Under the pieces are notes generated by a model. That model searched no databases and was not told the origin of the DNA. It saw only the letters and a program-made list of their open reading frames with translations. DNA of 64,000 bases from an uncultured Alphaproteobacteria bacterium. Its GTDB lineage: Bacteria > Pseudomonadota > Alphaproteobacteria > CAVTAV01. The stretch lies in the NCBI GenBank assembly GCA_963822835.1, contig CAWGIZ010000012.1, forward strand, positions 76,382-140,381, read 5' to 3'. The position numbers and the translations under genes were made by a program. This document shows positions 1-10,576 of this stretch, piece after piece; within the stretch, counting starts at the first letter, position 1, and each line of letters opens with the position of its first letter.

Positions 1-59
1 GTATCGAGCGGAAGGAGTCCGATTTCGCGGCCGAAGTTGCGGCGGCCGCGGGCAGCTGA
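1..59 (+). CDS. tsf: elongation factor Ts, extreme C-terminus (partial; gene starts upstream of window)
   Basis: Reading from nt 3 gives IERKESDFAAEVAAAAGS, then TGA at 57-59. This resembles EF-Ts C-termini and fits the conserved tsf-pyrH-frr order. Only 18 codons are visible. Confidence 0.5.
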   Translation, partial: IERKESDFAAEVAAAAGS

Positions 60-67
60 AAAAGCCA

Positions 68-94
68 TTGCGCCGCCATTTTTCTGCGGCGCAA
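68..94 (+). terminator. stem-loop downstream of tsf
   Basis: Perfect 9-bp inverted repeat ttgcgccgc (68-76) / gcggcgcaa (86-94) with T-rich loop catttttct. There is no clear U-tract after the stem. Confidence 0.4.
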
Positions 95-106
95 GAAACT
101 ATTTAA

Positions 107-910
<804 letters not shown>

Positions 911-911
911 T

Positions 912-1473
912 ATGAGCAAGAATTACGACGCGGACGATATCGAGCATCGCATGCAGATGGCGCGTCGAGGTCCTGAAGAACGAATTTTCCGGCCTGCGGA
1001 CCGGCCGCGCGTCGCCCCATCTGCTGGATCCGATCGTCGTCGACGCCTATGGCTCCGAAATGCCGCTCAATCAGGTGGCGACGGTCAACGTGCCGGAGCC
1101 GCGCATGATCACGGTTCAGGTCTGGGACAAGGCGAATGTCGCGGCGGTCGAAAAGGCCATCCGAAACGCCAATCTGGGCCTCAATCCGATCGTCGAGGGC
1201 CAGAACATGCGGCTGCCGATCCCGGAGCTCAACCAGGAGCGCCGCGAGGAACTGACAAAGCTCGCCGCCAAATATGCCGAGCAGGCCAAGGTCGCCGTGC
1301 GCAACGTCCGCCGCGATGGCATGGATGCGCTCAAGAAGATGGAAAAGGACCACGAGATCAGCCAGGACGAGCATCACAGCATGTCCGATGACGTCCAGCA
1401 GCTGACGGATCTCACGGTCGAGGAGATCGACAAGCTCCTGGCCGTCAAAGAACAGGAGATCATGCAGGTCTGA
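912..1473 (+). pseudogene. frr: ribosome recycling factor, one frameshift near 960
   Basis: ATG 912 opens [15 protein letters not shown]. The frame changes at ~960 into the frame of ORF 1060..1473 ([41 protein letters not shown]...EQEIMQV). Confidence 0.9.
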
Positions 1474-1477
1474 CGCG

Positions 1478-2210
1478 ATGTTGACGGCGGAATCTGAGCA
1501 GCCCCTGACGCTGCCCCGGCACATCGCCATCATCATGGATGGCAACGGCCGCTGGGCCAAACGGCGGCATCTGCCTCGCGCCGTCGGCCATCAGCGCGGC
1601 GCCGAAGCGGTGCGCCGCGCGGTCGAGGGATGCCGGGAACTCGGCGTCTCCTATCTTACGCTCTATGCCTTTTCCTCGGAGAACTGGAAGCGGCCGGCCG
1701 CCGAGGTCGGAGACCTGATGAGCCTGTTGCGCGTCTATCTCCGCAAGGAACTGGCCGATCTTCACAAGAACAACATCCGGCTGCGCTTTATCGGCAATCG
1801 CGTGCGCCTGGCGCCCGATATCATCGATTTGATCACCCAGAGCGAGGGGACGACCGCCGGGAATACCGGCATGACGCTGGTCATCGCGCTGAATTACGGC
1901 AGCCAGAGCGAAATCGTGGAAGCGACCAAGGCCATCGCGCGCGACGTCCGCGGACGGTCGGCTGGACGTGGAGACGCTCGACGAGGCCGTGTTCGCCGGC
2001 TATTTGCAGACGGCGGCGATTCCCGACCCCGACCTGATCATCCGCACCAGCGGCGAAAAACGGCTGTCGAACTTCCTCCTCTGGCAGTCGGCCTATTCCG
2101 AGCTGGTGTTCCTCGATCTTCTGTGGCCGGATTTCAACAAGGACTCCCTCGTCGAGGCGATTCAGGAGTTCACCAATCGCGAACGCCGCTACGGCGCGCG
2201 AAACACCTGA
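1478..2210 (+). pseudogene. uppS: di-trans,poly-cis-undecaprenyl-diphosphate synthase, one frameshift near 1949
   Basis: The N-terminal part (HIAIIMDGNGRWAKRR.., YAFSSENWKRP) is in the frame of ORF 1478. After ..AIARDV the sequence continues in the frame of ORF 1968..2210 ([36 protein letters not shown]..). Confidence 0.9.
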
Positions 2211-2230
2211 CCAGAAGCATCGGGGCCCGA

Positions 2231-3022
2231 ATGGACCGCAAGGCATTGGCGTTACGGCTCGGTTCGGCCGCTGTTCTGCTGCCCGTGGTGCTCGGCGCCG
2301 TTTATCTGGGCGGGCTGTGGTTCTCCCTGCTGATGGCCGTCGCAGGGGCCTTGATGGGCTATGAATGGAACCGGATGTGCGGCGGCAAGATCGACGTCAT
2401 GCTGGCGGTTTTCGTGGCCACGGTCGTGCCGATGGCCTGTCTCGGGGCCCGGAATGAACTTCTCGCGGTCGGCGTTGTTCTCGCCGTCGGGCTGCTCGTC
2501 ACCCTTGTGCTCGCGAGCGTGACCAGGCGCAAGCTTGTCTGGGCGTTGGCGGGGCCGATTTATATCGGCGTGCCGGTTGCGGCGCTGGTTTGGCTCCGGA
2601 TCGTCGAGCCCGAGGGATTGAAGATCGTTTTCTGGATCCTGTGCGTGGTATGGGCAACGGATACCGTGGCCTTTTTCGCCGGATCGATGATCGGCGGGCC
2701 GAAGCTCGCGCCGGCGATCAGCCCCAACAAAACTTGGTCCGGAGCCATCGGCGGGCTTGTTGGCGCGAGTCTTGTCGGGTTAGGGTTCGCAATTGCCGTC
2801 GGCGTGCCGGTCGCTATCGCGATGATTTCTAGCGTATTGGTCAGCCTTGCGGCGGAGTTGGGTGACCTTCAGGAATCATGGATCAAACGGCGTTTGCATA
2901 CCAAGGATTCGGGAAGCCTGATCCCAGGGCATGGCGGCCTTCTGGACCGTCTCGACAGTCTGCTGTTCGCCGCACCAGCCGTTTGTCTGATGATTTTGCT
3001 GCCAGATCAGCCCTGGTTCTAG
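2231..3022 (+). CDS. cdsA: phosphatidate cytidylyltransferase
   Basis: ATG 2231 (MDRKALALRLGSAAVLLPVV...). It is a multi-TM protein with the C-terminal signature SGSLIPGHGGLLDRLDSLLF. It lies in the same frame as the 5' part of uppS, which is why the track shows a fused ORF 1478..3022. Confidence 0.85.
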   Translation: MDRKALALRLGSAAVLLPVVLGAVYLGGLWFSLLMAVAGALMGYEWNRMCGGKIDVMLAVFVATVVPMACLGARNELLAVGVVLAVGLLVTLVLASVTRRKLVWALAGPIYIGVPVAALVWLRIVEPEGLKIVFWILCVVWATDTVAFFAGSMIGGPKLAPAISPNKTWSGAIGGLVGASLVGLGFAIAVGVPVAIAMISSVLVSLAAELGDLQESWIKRRLHTKDSGSLIPGHGGLLDRLDSLLFAAPAVCLMILLPDQPWF

Positions 3023-3038
3023 CTATAACAGGGAAGAC

Positions 3039-4265
3039 ATGATGCCCAACCCGCCCAAATCCTCGTCCCTGAGCGCTCCCTCGGCGCAAGCGAAGCGCAG
3101 TGTCACGATTCTGGGGTCCACTGGATCCATCGGTTGCAGCACGATCGACCTGATCGAGCGCGATCCGGAGGCCTATGAGGTCGAGGCGCTGACATGCAAT
3201 CGCAATGTCGACGTCATGATCGCGCAGGCTTTAAAGTTGAAACCCAAATTCGTCGCGGTATGCGACGATGCCCAGTACGGACACGTCAAGGAAGCCTTGG
3301 CCGGCACCGGCATCGAGGTCGGCGCGGGGAGCGAGGCGGTTATCGAGGCAGCGGCGCGTCCGGCCGACTGGCTGATGGCGGCCATCGTCGGTGCGGCGGG
3401 GCTGCGGCCCACCCTCACCGCCGTCCGCCGGGGCGCGATGGTCGCGCTCGCCAACAAGGAATGCCTGGTTTGCGCCGGATCCCTGATGATGGCGGAAGTG
3501 GCGGAGCACGGCGCGACCCTGTTGCCGGTCGATTCGGAGCATAATGCGATTTTCCAGGTGCTCGACCAGGACCATTACGACCGTGTCGATTGCATCACGC
3601 TCACCGCTTCCGGCGGTCCGTTCCGGACCCTGACGCGGGCCCAGATGGCGAATATGACGCCGGCTCAGGCCGTCGCCCACCCGAACTGGAGTATGGGGGC
3701 GAAGATTTCGGTCGATTCCGCCACCATGATGAACAAGGGGCTCGAGCTTATCGAGGCCCTGCACCTCTTCCCGGTGGGAGCGGACAGGATCAATATCCTT
3801 GTGCATCCGCAGTCCGTGATCCACAGCATGGTGTCCTATGTCGACGGCTCCGTGCTGGCCCAGCTCGGCACGCCCGATATGCGGACGCCGATCTCCTACA
3901 CGCTGGGGTGGCCGAGCCGAATTGTCACACCCTCCCAGCGTCTGGATCTTGCGAAGATCAGCCAGTTGACCTTCGAGGCCCCGGATCAGGAGCGCTTCCC
4001 GAGCCTGCGCCTCGCGCGCGATGCCTTGCAAACTGGCGGGTCGGCACCTACACTCCTCAACGCTGCGAATGAGGTGGCCGTCGAGGCGTTTCTGGCTGGC
4101 CGTATCGGGTTCCTCGATATCGCGGGTGTCGTCGAAGACGTTCTGAATGTCGGGGAGTTCAAAGCGCTCACGACTTTGAATGACGTGCACGACGTCGACC
4201 GTGAAGGTCGGCGTCTTGCTAAGGCAGCTTGCGAACGTGTGTCACGGACGGATCGAGTAGCTTGA
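3039..4265 (+). CDS. dxr: 1-deoxy-D-xylulose-5-phosphate reductoisomerase
   Basis: Intact 408-aa ORF with ILGSTGSIGCSTIDLI, LPVDSEHNAIFQ and HPNWSMGAKISVDSATMMNKGLE. Confidence 0.95.
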   Translation: MMPNPPKSSSLSAPSAQAKRSVTILGSTGSIGCSTIDLIERDPEAYEVEALTCNRNVDVMIAQALKLKPKFVAVCDDAQYGHVKEALAGTGIEVGAGSEAVIEAAARPADWLMAAIVGAAGLRPTLTAVRRGAMVALANKECLVCAGSLMMAEVAEHGATLLPVDSEHNAIFQVLDQDHYDRVDCITLTASGGPFRTLTRAQMANMTPAQAVAHPNWSMGAKISVDSATMMNKGLELIEALHLFPVGADRINILVHPQSVIHSMVSYVDGSVLAQLGTPDMRTPISYTLGWPSRIVTPSQRLDLAKISQLTFEAPDQERFPSLRLARDALQTGGSAPTLLNAANEVAVEAFLAGRIGFLDIAGVVEDVLNVGEFKALTTLNDVHDVDREGRRLAKAACERVSRTDRVA

Positions 4266-4266
4266 T

Positions 4267-5472
4267 ATGATTGAGTCGACGGGTTTTGGTTATTCGCTGC
4301 TGATGTTCCTGATCGTGTTGACCGTTCTCGTGTTCGTTCATGAGATGGGACACTATTGGGTCGCGCGGCGGAACGGCGTTCGCGTGGACGTGTTTTCGAT
4401 CGGGTTCGGCCCCGAGATCTTCGGCTGGACGGATTCCGTCGGGACCCGCTGGAAGGTCAGCTGGATTCCGCTGGGCGGCTATGTGAAATTCTTCGGCGAC
4501 ATGGATGTCGCCAGCCGGCCCGATCCCTCGATGACCCCTGAGGTCCAGAATGCTCTCAGGGCCTCTGGCGACGACAGCGAGCGTGATCCGGCCGATCCGT
4601 CGATGCATCTCCTGACGGAAGAAGAGAAGGCGGTCGCGTTTCCCTACAAGAAGCTCTGGCAGCGCGCGGCCATCGTCGCCGCGGGGCCGGGCGCTAATTT
4701 TCTGTTCGCGATCGTCGTGTTCGCGGGCCTGTTCATGTCCGTCGGGCAGCCCTATACGCCGGCGAAAGTCGGCACCGTCGAGCCGAATAGTGCGGCGGCC
4801 GAGGCCGGTATCCTGCCGGGCGACAAGATCATCAAGGTCGGCTCGACGGGTATCGATCGCTTCGAGGACCTGATCCAGATCATCAGCATGAGCCCCGGGC
4901 AGAAGCTGAAGATCGTCGTCGAGCGCGATGGCCGTGATGTCGAACTGACCGCGACTCCGAAGCTGGTCACCGATACGGATGCCTTTGGCGACGAGCACCG
5001 GATCGGGCGGCTCGGCGTCGGACGTGTCGGCGTGGATTATATACGGCGCGGTCCGCTGGAAGCGTTGGGCTACGCCGTGGTCGAGACCGGCAATACCGTG
5101 AAGCTGATCATGAAGTCGATCGGTCAGCTGATTGTTGGCGACAGATCGACGGACGAACTGCGCGGGCCCCTGACGATCGCGAAAATGTCGGGTCAGATCG
5201 CCCATACGGGGTTCATCGATCTCATATCGTTCATGGCCCTTTTGTCGATTAATTTGGGCCTGATTAATCTCTTTCCCATCCCGATGCTCGACGGCGGACA
5301 TCTTCTGTTCTATGCCTTCGAGGCCGCGCGCGGCAGGCCGCTCGGTCTCAGGGCCCAGGAGTACGGGTTCCGGATCGGTCTGGTCATGGTTCTCTTCCTG
5401 ATGATTCAGGCGATCTGGAATGACTTCAAATCGCTTTCCGTTTTCGATTATGTTTCGGGGCTCTTCTCGTAG
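4267..5472 (+). CDS. rseP: RIP zinc metalloprotease RseP
   Basis: Intact 401-aa ORF with the HEMGHY zinc motif in the first TM, a central PDZ-like region and C-terminal NLFPIPMLDGGH. It sits in the conserved cdsA-dxr-rseP-bamA position. Confidence 0.9.
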   Translation: MIESTGFGYSLLMFLIVLTVLVFVHEMGHYWVARRNGVRVDVFSIGFGPEIFGWTDSVGTRWKVSWIPLGGYVKFFGDMDVASRPDPSMTPEVQNALRASGDDSERDPADPSMHLLTEEEKAVAFPYKKLWQRAAIVAAGPGANFLFAIVVFAGLFMSVGQPYTPAKVGTVEPNSAAAEAGILPGDKIIKVGSTGIDRFEDLIQIISMSPGQKLKIVVERDGRDVELTATPKLVTDTDAFGDEHRIGRLGVGRVGVDYIRRGPLEALGYAVVETGNTVKLIMKSIGQLIVGDRSTDELRGPLTIAKMSGQIAHTGFIDLISFMALLSINLGLINLFPIPMLDGGHLLFYAFEAARGRPLGLRAQEYGFRIGLVMVLFLMIQAIWNDFKSLSVFDYVSGLFS

Positions 5473-5497
5473 TCGCACGACGATCCTCTGATCTTGG

Positions 5498-7849
5498 GTG
5501 GGTGGTTTGGTCTGTCCCTTAAATCGTAGCCTGGGCTTGGTCTTGGGCTTCATCGCCGCGTTCATGGCTTTTGTAGCCCTTGGCGGAGCTGCGTCCGCGC
5601 AGACCGATCAGGAAATCATTTCCCAGATTCGCGTCGAGGGGAATCAGCGTATCGAGCCGGAGACGATTCGGTCCTATATGCAGCTTTCGATCGGCGACAA
5701 ATACGAGGCCGACAAGGTCGACCTGTCGCTCAAGACGTTGTTCGCCACCGGACTGTTCGCCGACGTGACGATCCGCCGCGAAGGAACCGTTCTGATCGTT
5801 AGCGTGGTCGAGAATCCGATCATCAATCGCATCGCCTTCGAGGGCAACAAGGCCATCAAGAAGGATAAGCTGGACAAGGAAGTGCAGCTGCGGCCGCGCG
5901 TGGTCTATACCCGTGCCCGCGTGCGCGCCGACGTGCAGCGCATCATCGAGATCTACCGCCGGTCCGGCCGCTTCGCGGCGACCGTCGAACCGAAGATCGT
6001 CCAGCTGCCGCAGAATCGCGTCGACCTGATCTTCGAAATCCATGAAGGCAAGAAGACGAAGATCCGGCGGATCAACTTCATCGGCAACGAGCACTACAGC
6101 GACGGCGATCTTCGCGGCAAGACGTCGACCAAGGAATCCCGCTGGTGGCGCCTGTTCTCGAAGGGCGACACCTACGATCCCGACCGGCTCGCCTATGACC
6201 GCGAATTGCTGCGTCAATATTACCTGCAGCACGGCTACGCCGATTTCCGGGTCGTCTCCGCGGTGGCGGAACTGACCAAGGACAGGCGCGAATTTTTCAT
6301 CACCTTCACGGTGGAAGAGGGCGTGACCTACAAATTCGGCAAGATCGATCTGGTCAGCGATATCCGCGATCTGAAGCCGGATGCGCTGAAGGACCTGATC
6401 CTGCCCCGCGAAGGCAAGCTCTATAACGCCAAGATGATCGAGGACACGGTCGACGCGCTGAACGAAGCGGCGGGTATGCGCGGCTATGCCTTCGTCGATA
6501 TCCGGCCCGAGATCCACCGCGACAAGGCGAAGCGGATCATCGGCGTGACCTTCCACGTCCTGCAGGCGCCGCGCGTCTATGTCGAACGGATCGAGATCAC
6601 GGGTAACTTCCAGACCCTGGACCGCGTCATCCGGCGTGAAATGCGCCTTGCCGAGGGCGATGCTTTCAACGTGGCGATGATGCGCCGTTCCCGCGAGCGT
6701 ATCCGGTCGCTCGGCTTCTTCGGCGACGTCAACGTCGATCAGGTGCAGGGCAGCGCGCCGGACCGGAACGTCATCCAGGTCTCGGTGCAGGAACAGTCAA
6801 CCGGCGAGCTCAGTATCGGCGCGGGTTATTCGAGTCAGGAGCATCTGATCGGGCAGGTAAGTATCCGGCAACGGAACCTGCTTGGCCGCGGCCAGGATTT
6901 GCGGGCATCCTTCAGTATTTCCAGTATCCAGCAGAGCATCGATCTCGGCTTCACCGAGCCCTATTTCATGGGGCGTGACGTCGCAGCCGGCATCGACGTG
7001 TTCCGTTCGGCCACTGATTACACGGATTACACGTATTACAAGCAGGGCCGTACCGGCTTCCAGCTGCGCACCGGTTTCCCGATCACCGAATATCTGACGG
7101 CGGGCCTGCGCTATAAGCTGAGCTTCGACAACATCTCGCTCAGTCAGGTCATCGCGAACCTATACCCAAGCTATGTTCTTGAATCCCTTGGGAAATATAC
7201 GACGTCTTCGATCGGCTACAGCATTTCCTATGATCGTCGGGACGATCGTCTGGATCCCAAGCGGGGCTTCAACTGGGTGCTCTCGCAGGATCTCGCGGGC
7301 CTCGGCGGCAGCGTGAAATACATCCGCTCCAGCCTCGCCTTCAATTGGTACCATCCGCTGTTCAAGGACAACTGGGTGCTGAGCTTCGGGCTCCAGGAAG
7401 GCTATATCGAAGGCTTGGGCCAAGGCGTTCGCATTAACGACCGCTACTTCCTCGGCGGCGGCGGCGGCGGCAGCGGCCAGTTGCGCGGCTTCGAGCCCGG
7501 CGGTGTCGGTCCGGCGATCTACAACGCCTACAGCTCAAACAAGAGCAAATATGATGCGCTTGGTGGCAATTTGTACTATTCAGGCTCGCTGGAGTTCACG
7601 ATCCCTGTCGGTGCCGCGAACGAGCTGGGCCTGAAATTCAGCACATTTGTAGATTTTGGCAGTCTAGCGTATGTTGACTCCGTGGGGGCCGGCATCCTGG
7701 ATGTCGGCAGCTTAAGGGCGTCTGCGGGTGTTGGCATCGGATGGAAGTCGCCGATGGGCCCCATCCGCCTGGACTTTGCGAAAGCCTTAGCGAAAGAGCC
7801 GTTTGATCGGACCCAGTTCTTCCAGTTCAATTTTGGGACAAACTTCTAG
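5498..7849 (+). CDS. bamA: outer membrane protein assembly factor BamA
   Basis: Intact 783-aa ORF with a signal peptide ending GGAASA/QT, POTRA repeats (IRVEGNQRIEPETIRSY.., IEITGNFQTLDRVIRRE..) and a C-terminal barrel ending FQFNFGTNF. Confidence 0.95.
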   Translation: MGGLVCPLNRSLGLVLGFIAAFMAFVALGGAASAQTDQEIISQIRVEGNQRIEPETIRSYMQLSIGDKYEADKVDLSLKTLFATGLFADVTIRREGTVLIVSVVENPIINRIAFEGNKAIKKDKLDKEVQLRPRVVYTRARVRADVQRIIEIYRRSGRFAATVEPKIVQLPQNRVDLIFEIHEGKKTKIRRINFIGNEHYSDGDLRGKTSTKESRWWRLFSKGDTYDPDRLAYDRELLRQYYLQHGYADFRVVSAVAELTKDRREFFITFTVEEGVTYKFGKIDLVSDIRDLKPDALKDLILPREGKLYNAKMIEDTVDALNEAAGMRGYAFVDIRPEIHRDKAKRIIGVTFHVLQAPRVYVERIEITGNFQTLDRVIRREMRLAEGDAFNVAMMRRSRERIRSLGFFGDVNVDQVQGSAPDRNVIQVSVQEQSTGELSIGAGYSSQEHLIGQVSIRQRNLLGRGQDLRASFSISSIQQSIDLGFTEPYFMGRDVAAGIDVFRSATDYTDYTYYKQGRTGFQLRTGFPITEYLTAGLRYKLSFDNISLSQVIANLYPSYVLESLGKYTTSSIGYSISYDRRDDRLDPKRGFNWVLSQDLAGLGGSVKYIRSSLAFNWYHPLFKDNWVLSFGLQEGYIEGLGQGVRINDRYFLGGGGGGSGQLRGFEPGGVGPAIYNAYSSNKSKYDALGGNLYYSGSLEFTIPVGAANELGLKFSTFVDFGSLAYVDSVGAGILDVGSLRASAGVGIGWKSPMGPIRLDFAKALAKEPFDRTQFFQFNFGTNF

Positions 7850-8494
7850 ATGAGAAAAATAGCACAGCATCTTCTCGTAGCAGCCGTAGTTGCCTCGGGA
7901 GCAATGATAGGGAAGGTTACGCCCGGTGTGGCGGCGGACTCGGTATCGCCTGCGTCCATTATCGTGATCGATACTCAACAAATCCGGCGGGATTCGCTCG
8001 CAGGCAAGGATATCCTTCGCCAGATCGACGACATCCGGTCGTCCGTGCAGGCCGATATCCAGAAGACGGAGCAGCAGCTCCGCGCCGAGGAAGACGAGCT
8101 GAAGCGTCAGCGCGCCATCCTGACTCCCGAAGCCTTCGACCAGAAGCGTCAGGCCTGGGAACAGAAGGTCATGGACGTGCAGCGCAAGGTTCAGGAGAAG
8201 AACGCCGAGCTGGAGCAGGCGCTTCAGAAGGCGAATGGCGAACTGCAGCGGGCGATCACGCCGATCCTCCAGAAGATCCTGGAGACGAAGGGCGCGACCT
8301 TCATGCTGGACAAGAGCCAGATCATCATCATGGCCCCGAACAAGGGTCTCGACGTCACCACGGACGTGATCGAGAAGCTCGACAGCGTCCTGCCCGGCGT
8401 CAAGGTGGACTTCTCGGCTGTGACGGCGAGTTCCGGCAGCGCTCCGGCGCCAGCGGCGGCGGCTGCTCCGGCACCGGCCAAAAAGAAGAACTAG
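7850..8494 (+). CDS. OmpH/Skp-family periplasmic chaperone
   Basis: 214-aa ORF whose ATG abuts the bamA stop. It has a signal peptide, a Q/E/K-rich coiled-coil core and an Ala/Pro tail. It occupies the Skp position directly after bamA. Confidence 0.8.
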   Translation: MRKIAQHLLVAAVVASGAMIGKVTPGVAADSVSPASIIVIDTQQIRRDSLAGKDILRQIDDIRSSVQADIQKTEQQLRAEEDELKRQRAILTPEAFDQKRQAWEQKVMDVQRKVQEKNAELEQALQKANGELQRAITPILQKILETKGATFMLDKSQIIIMAPNKGLDVTTDVIEKLDSVLPGVKVDFSAVTASSGSAPAPAAAAAPAPAKKKN

Positions 8495-8528
8495 TCGCTC
8501 GGTTCGCTGAACCGGTGACCGATTTATT

Positions 8529-8561
8529 GGCGGCGCGGCCCTCGGTACAGGCCGCGCCGCC
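8529..8561 (+). terminator. strong stem-loop between skp and fabZ
   Basis: Perfect 12-bp stem ggcggcgcggcc (8529-8540) / ggccgcgccgcc (8550-8561) with a 9-nt loop, followed by attcaatttta. Confidence 0.6.
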
Positions 8562-8597
8562 ATTCAATTTTACAAGCACTTGACGGAAGGGCCGAGC

Positions 8598-9068
8598 ATG
8601 ACTGAAGCCGATTCCACGCCCGTTTCGGAGGTCATCGACGTCCACGGGATCATGGAACTGATCCCTCATCGCTATCCCATGCTCCTGATCGATCGCGTTA
8701 TCGACGTGAAGCTCGATGAATCGGCTGTCGGCATCAAGAACGTCACGTTCAATGAGCATTTCTTCCAGGGCCACTTTCCGGCCAAGGCCGTGATGCCCGG
8801 CGTGCTGATCATCGAAGCCTTGGCCCAGACGTCGGCGGTTCTCGCCGCCAAGACGATGGGCGAGGAAGCCAAGGGCAAGCTCGTCTATTTCATGTCGATC
8901 GAGTCAGCGAAGTTCCGCAAGCCGGTGGTGCCCGGCGACGTTCTTCATTTGCATGTCGCGAAGCTGCGTGGCGGCAACCGTCGTGTCTGGAAGCTGACCG
9001 GCGAGGCGAAGGTCGGCGGCGTCAAGGTGGCGGAGGCCGAACTCACGGCCATGATCACCGACGCCTGA
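8598..9068 (+). CDS. fabZ: 3-hydroxyacyl-ACP dehydratase FabZ
   Basis: The ORF opens at TTG 8580, but ATG 8598 has a GGAAGG 7 nt upstream. Motifs are LIPHRYPMLLIDRV and FFQGHFPAKAVMPGVLIIEALAQ. Confidence 0.9.
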   Translation: MTEADSTPVSEVIDVHGIMELIPHRYPMLLIDRVIDVKLDESAVGIKNVTFNEHFFQGHFPAKAVMPGVLIIEALAQTSAVLAAKTMGEEAKGKLVYFMSIESAKFRKPVVPGDVLHLHVAKLRGGNRRVWKLTGEAKVGGVKVAEAELTAMITDA

Positions 9069-9102
9069 TCGCCGACACCGGATTTTCCGAGCGCAAAATA
9101 AT

Positions 9103-9128
9103 AAGGGCCGGGATTAATCCCGGCCCTT
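9103..9128. terminator. bidirectional stem-loop shared by convergent fabZ and gltA
   Basis: aagggccggga (9103-9113) ttaa tcccggccctt (9118-9128), an 11-bp perfect stem with A/T-rich sequence on both sides. Confidence 0.7.
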
Positions 9129-9147
9129 AACTTATTAGCTCGAAAGA

Positions 9148-10467
9148 TTATTTCCGTTTGCTGAGCGGCACGAAATTGCGCTGCGGCGCGCCGGTGTAGA
9201 GCTGGCGCGGGCGGCCGATCTTCTGCAGCGGATCCTCCATCATCTCGTTCCACTGGGCGACCCAGCCGACGGTGCGGGCGACGGCGAACAGCACCGTGAA
9301 CATGCTGATCGGGAAGCCCATGGCGCGCAGCGTGATGCCCGAGTAGAAGTCGACGTTCGGATAGAGCTTCCGCTCGACGAAATATTCGTCCTCGAGCGCG
9401 ATCTTCTCCAGCTCCATCGCGACTTCGAGCAGGGGCTCCTTCTTGACGCCGAGGTGATCGAGAACCTCGTGGCAGGTCTCGCGCATCACCGTCGCGCGCG
9501 GATCGTAATTCTTGTAGACCCGGTGGCCGAAGCCCATCAGGCGGAACGGATCGTTCTTGTCCTTTGCGCGCTTGATGAATTCCGGGATGCGGTCCTTGGT
9601 GCCGATCTCCATCAGCATGTTGAGCGCCGCTTCGTTCGCGCCGCCATGCGCCGGGCCCCACAGGCTGGCGATACCGGCCGCGATGCAGGCAAACGGATTG
9701 GCGCCCGAGGAGCCGGCGAGACGCACGGTCGAGGTCGAGGCGTTCTGCTCGTGATCGGCATGCAGCGTGAGCAGCCTGTCCATCGCGCTGGCGAGGATGG
9801 GATCGATTTTATAGGGCTCGCAGGGAACGCTATACATCATCCACAGGAAGTTTTCGGCGTAGCTCAGGTCGTTCCGCGGATACACGAAGGGCTGGCCGAC
9901 CGAATATTTATAGGCCATCGCCGCAATCGTCGGCATCTTCGCGATCATGCGATAGGACGCGATCTTGCGCTGGTTGGGATCGTTGATATCCGTGCTGTCG
10001 TGATAGAAGGCCGAGAGTGCACCGACCACGCCGACCATCACCGCCATCGGGTGCGCATCGCGCCGGAAGCCCGAGAAGAAGCGGTGCAACTGCTCGTGCA
10101 CCATGGTGTGGTAGGTAATGTCGTGGACGAACTTGGCCTTCTGCTTCCGGTTCGGCAGTTCGCCGAACAGCAGGAGATAGCAGACTTCGGTGAAGTCGCT
10201 CTTCACCGCCAGCTGATCGATGGAATAGCCCCGGTAAAGCAGGATGCCTTCGTCGCCGTCGATGAAGGTGATCTTCGATTCGCAGGAAGCCGTCGAGGTG
10301 AACCCAGGGTCGAAAGTGAAGTAGCCGGTGTCCGCATAAAGCTTTCGGATATCGAACACACTTGGGCCTTCCGACGCGTGCATCATCGGCAAGACGAACT
10401 CTTTGCCTTTGTCGATGAGCGTCACGCTCGAAGGCTTTGTACTCGCTTTCTTGGGCTGCTTTGCCAT
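9148..10467 (-). CDS. gltA: citrate synthase
   Basis: Intact 439-aa ORF with [29 protein letters not shown] and NVDFYSGI. Confidence 0.95.
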   Translation of the reverse strand: MAKQPKKASTKPSSVTLIDKGKEFVLPMMHASEGPSVFDIRKLYADTGYFTFDPGFTSTASCESKITFIDGDEGILLYRGYSIDQLAVKSDFTEVCYLLLFGELPNRKQKAKFVHDITYHTMVHEQLHRFFSGFRRDAHPMAVMVGVVGALSAFYHDSTDINDPNQRKIASYRMIAKMPTIAAMAYKYSVGQPFVYPRNDLSYAENFLWMMYSVPCEPYKIDPILASAMDRLLTLHADHEQNASTSTVRLAGSSGANPFACIAAGIASLWGPAHGGANEAALNMLMEIGTKDRIPEFIKRAKDKNDPFRLMGFGHRVYKNYDPRATVMRETCHEVLDHLGVKKEPLLEVAMELEKIALEDEYFVERKLYPNVDFYSGITLRAMGFPISMFTVLFAVARTVGWVAQWNEMMEDPLQKIGRPRQLYTGAPQRNFVPLSKRK

Positions 10468-10576
10468 ATGCGGCTTTCCTTCTTGTTCTTTCCCGTGACA
10501 GCGTCGGGCCGGGGAGGTGGCCGACGCCAGGAAATTGAGAAACCGCCTGGGCGCCCGTCGGGCACTTCAGCGGCGT

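Noticed and set aside
1478-3022. A 514-aa ORF that looks like a UppS-CdsA fusion protein
   Set aside because: The UppS homology leaves this frame at ~1949 and continues in ORF 1968..2210, which ends with a normal UppS C-terminus. The middle of the long ORF is Arg/Pro-rich out-of-frame translation. CdsA starts at its own ATG 2231, which happens to be in the same frame.
7454-7471. (GGC)6 triplet repeat inside bamA encoding a Gly6 run (FLGGGGGGSGQLRGF), considered as a possible slippage or phase-variation site
   Set aside because: The repeat is in frame and a multiple of three, so length changes would not switch the gene off. Similar Gly runs occur in secG and the CTERM protein and probably just reflect GC-rich codon bias.
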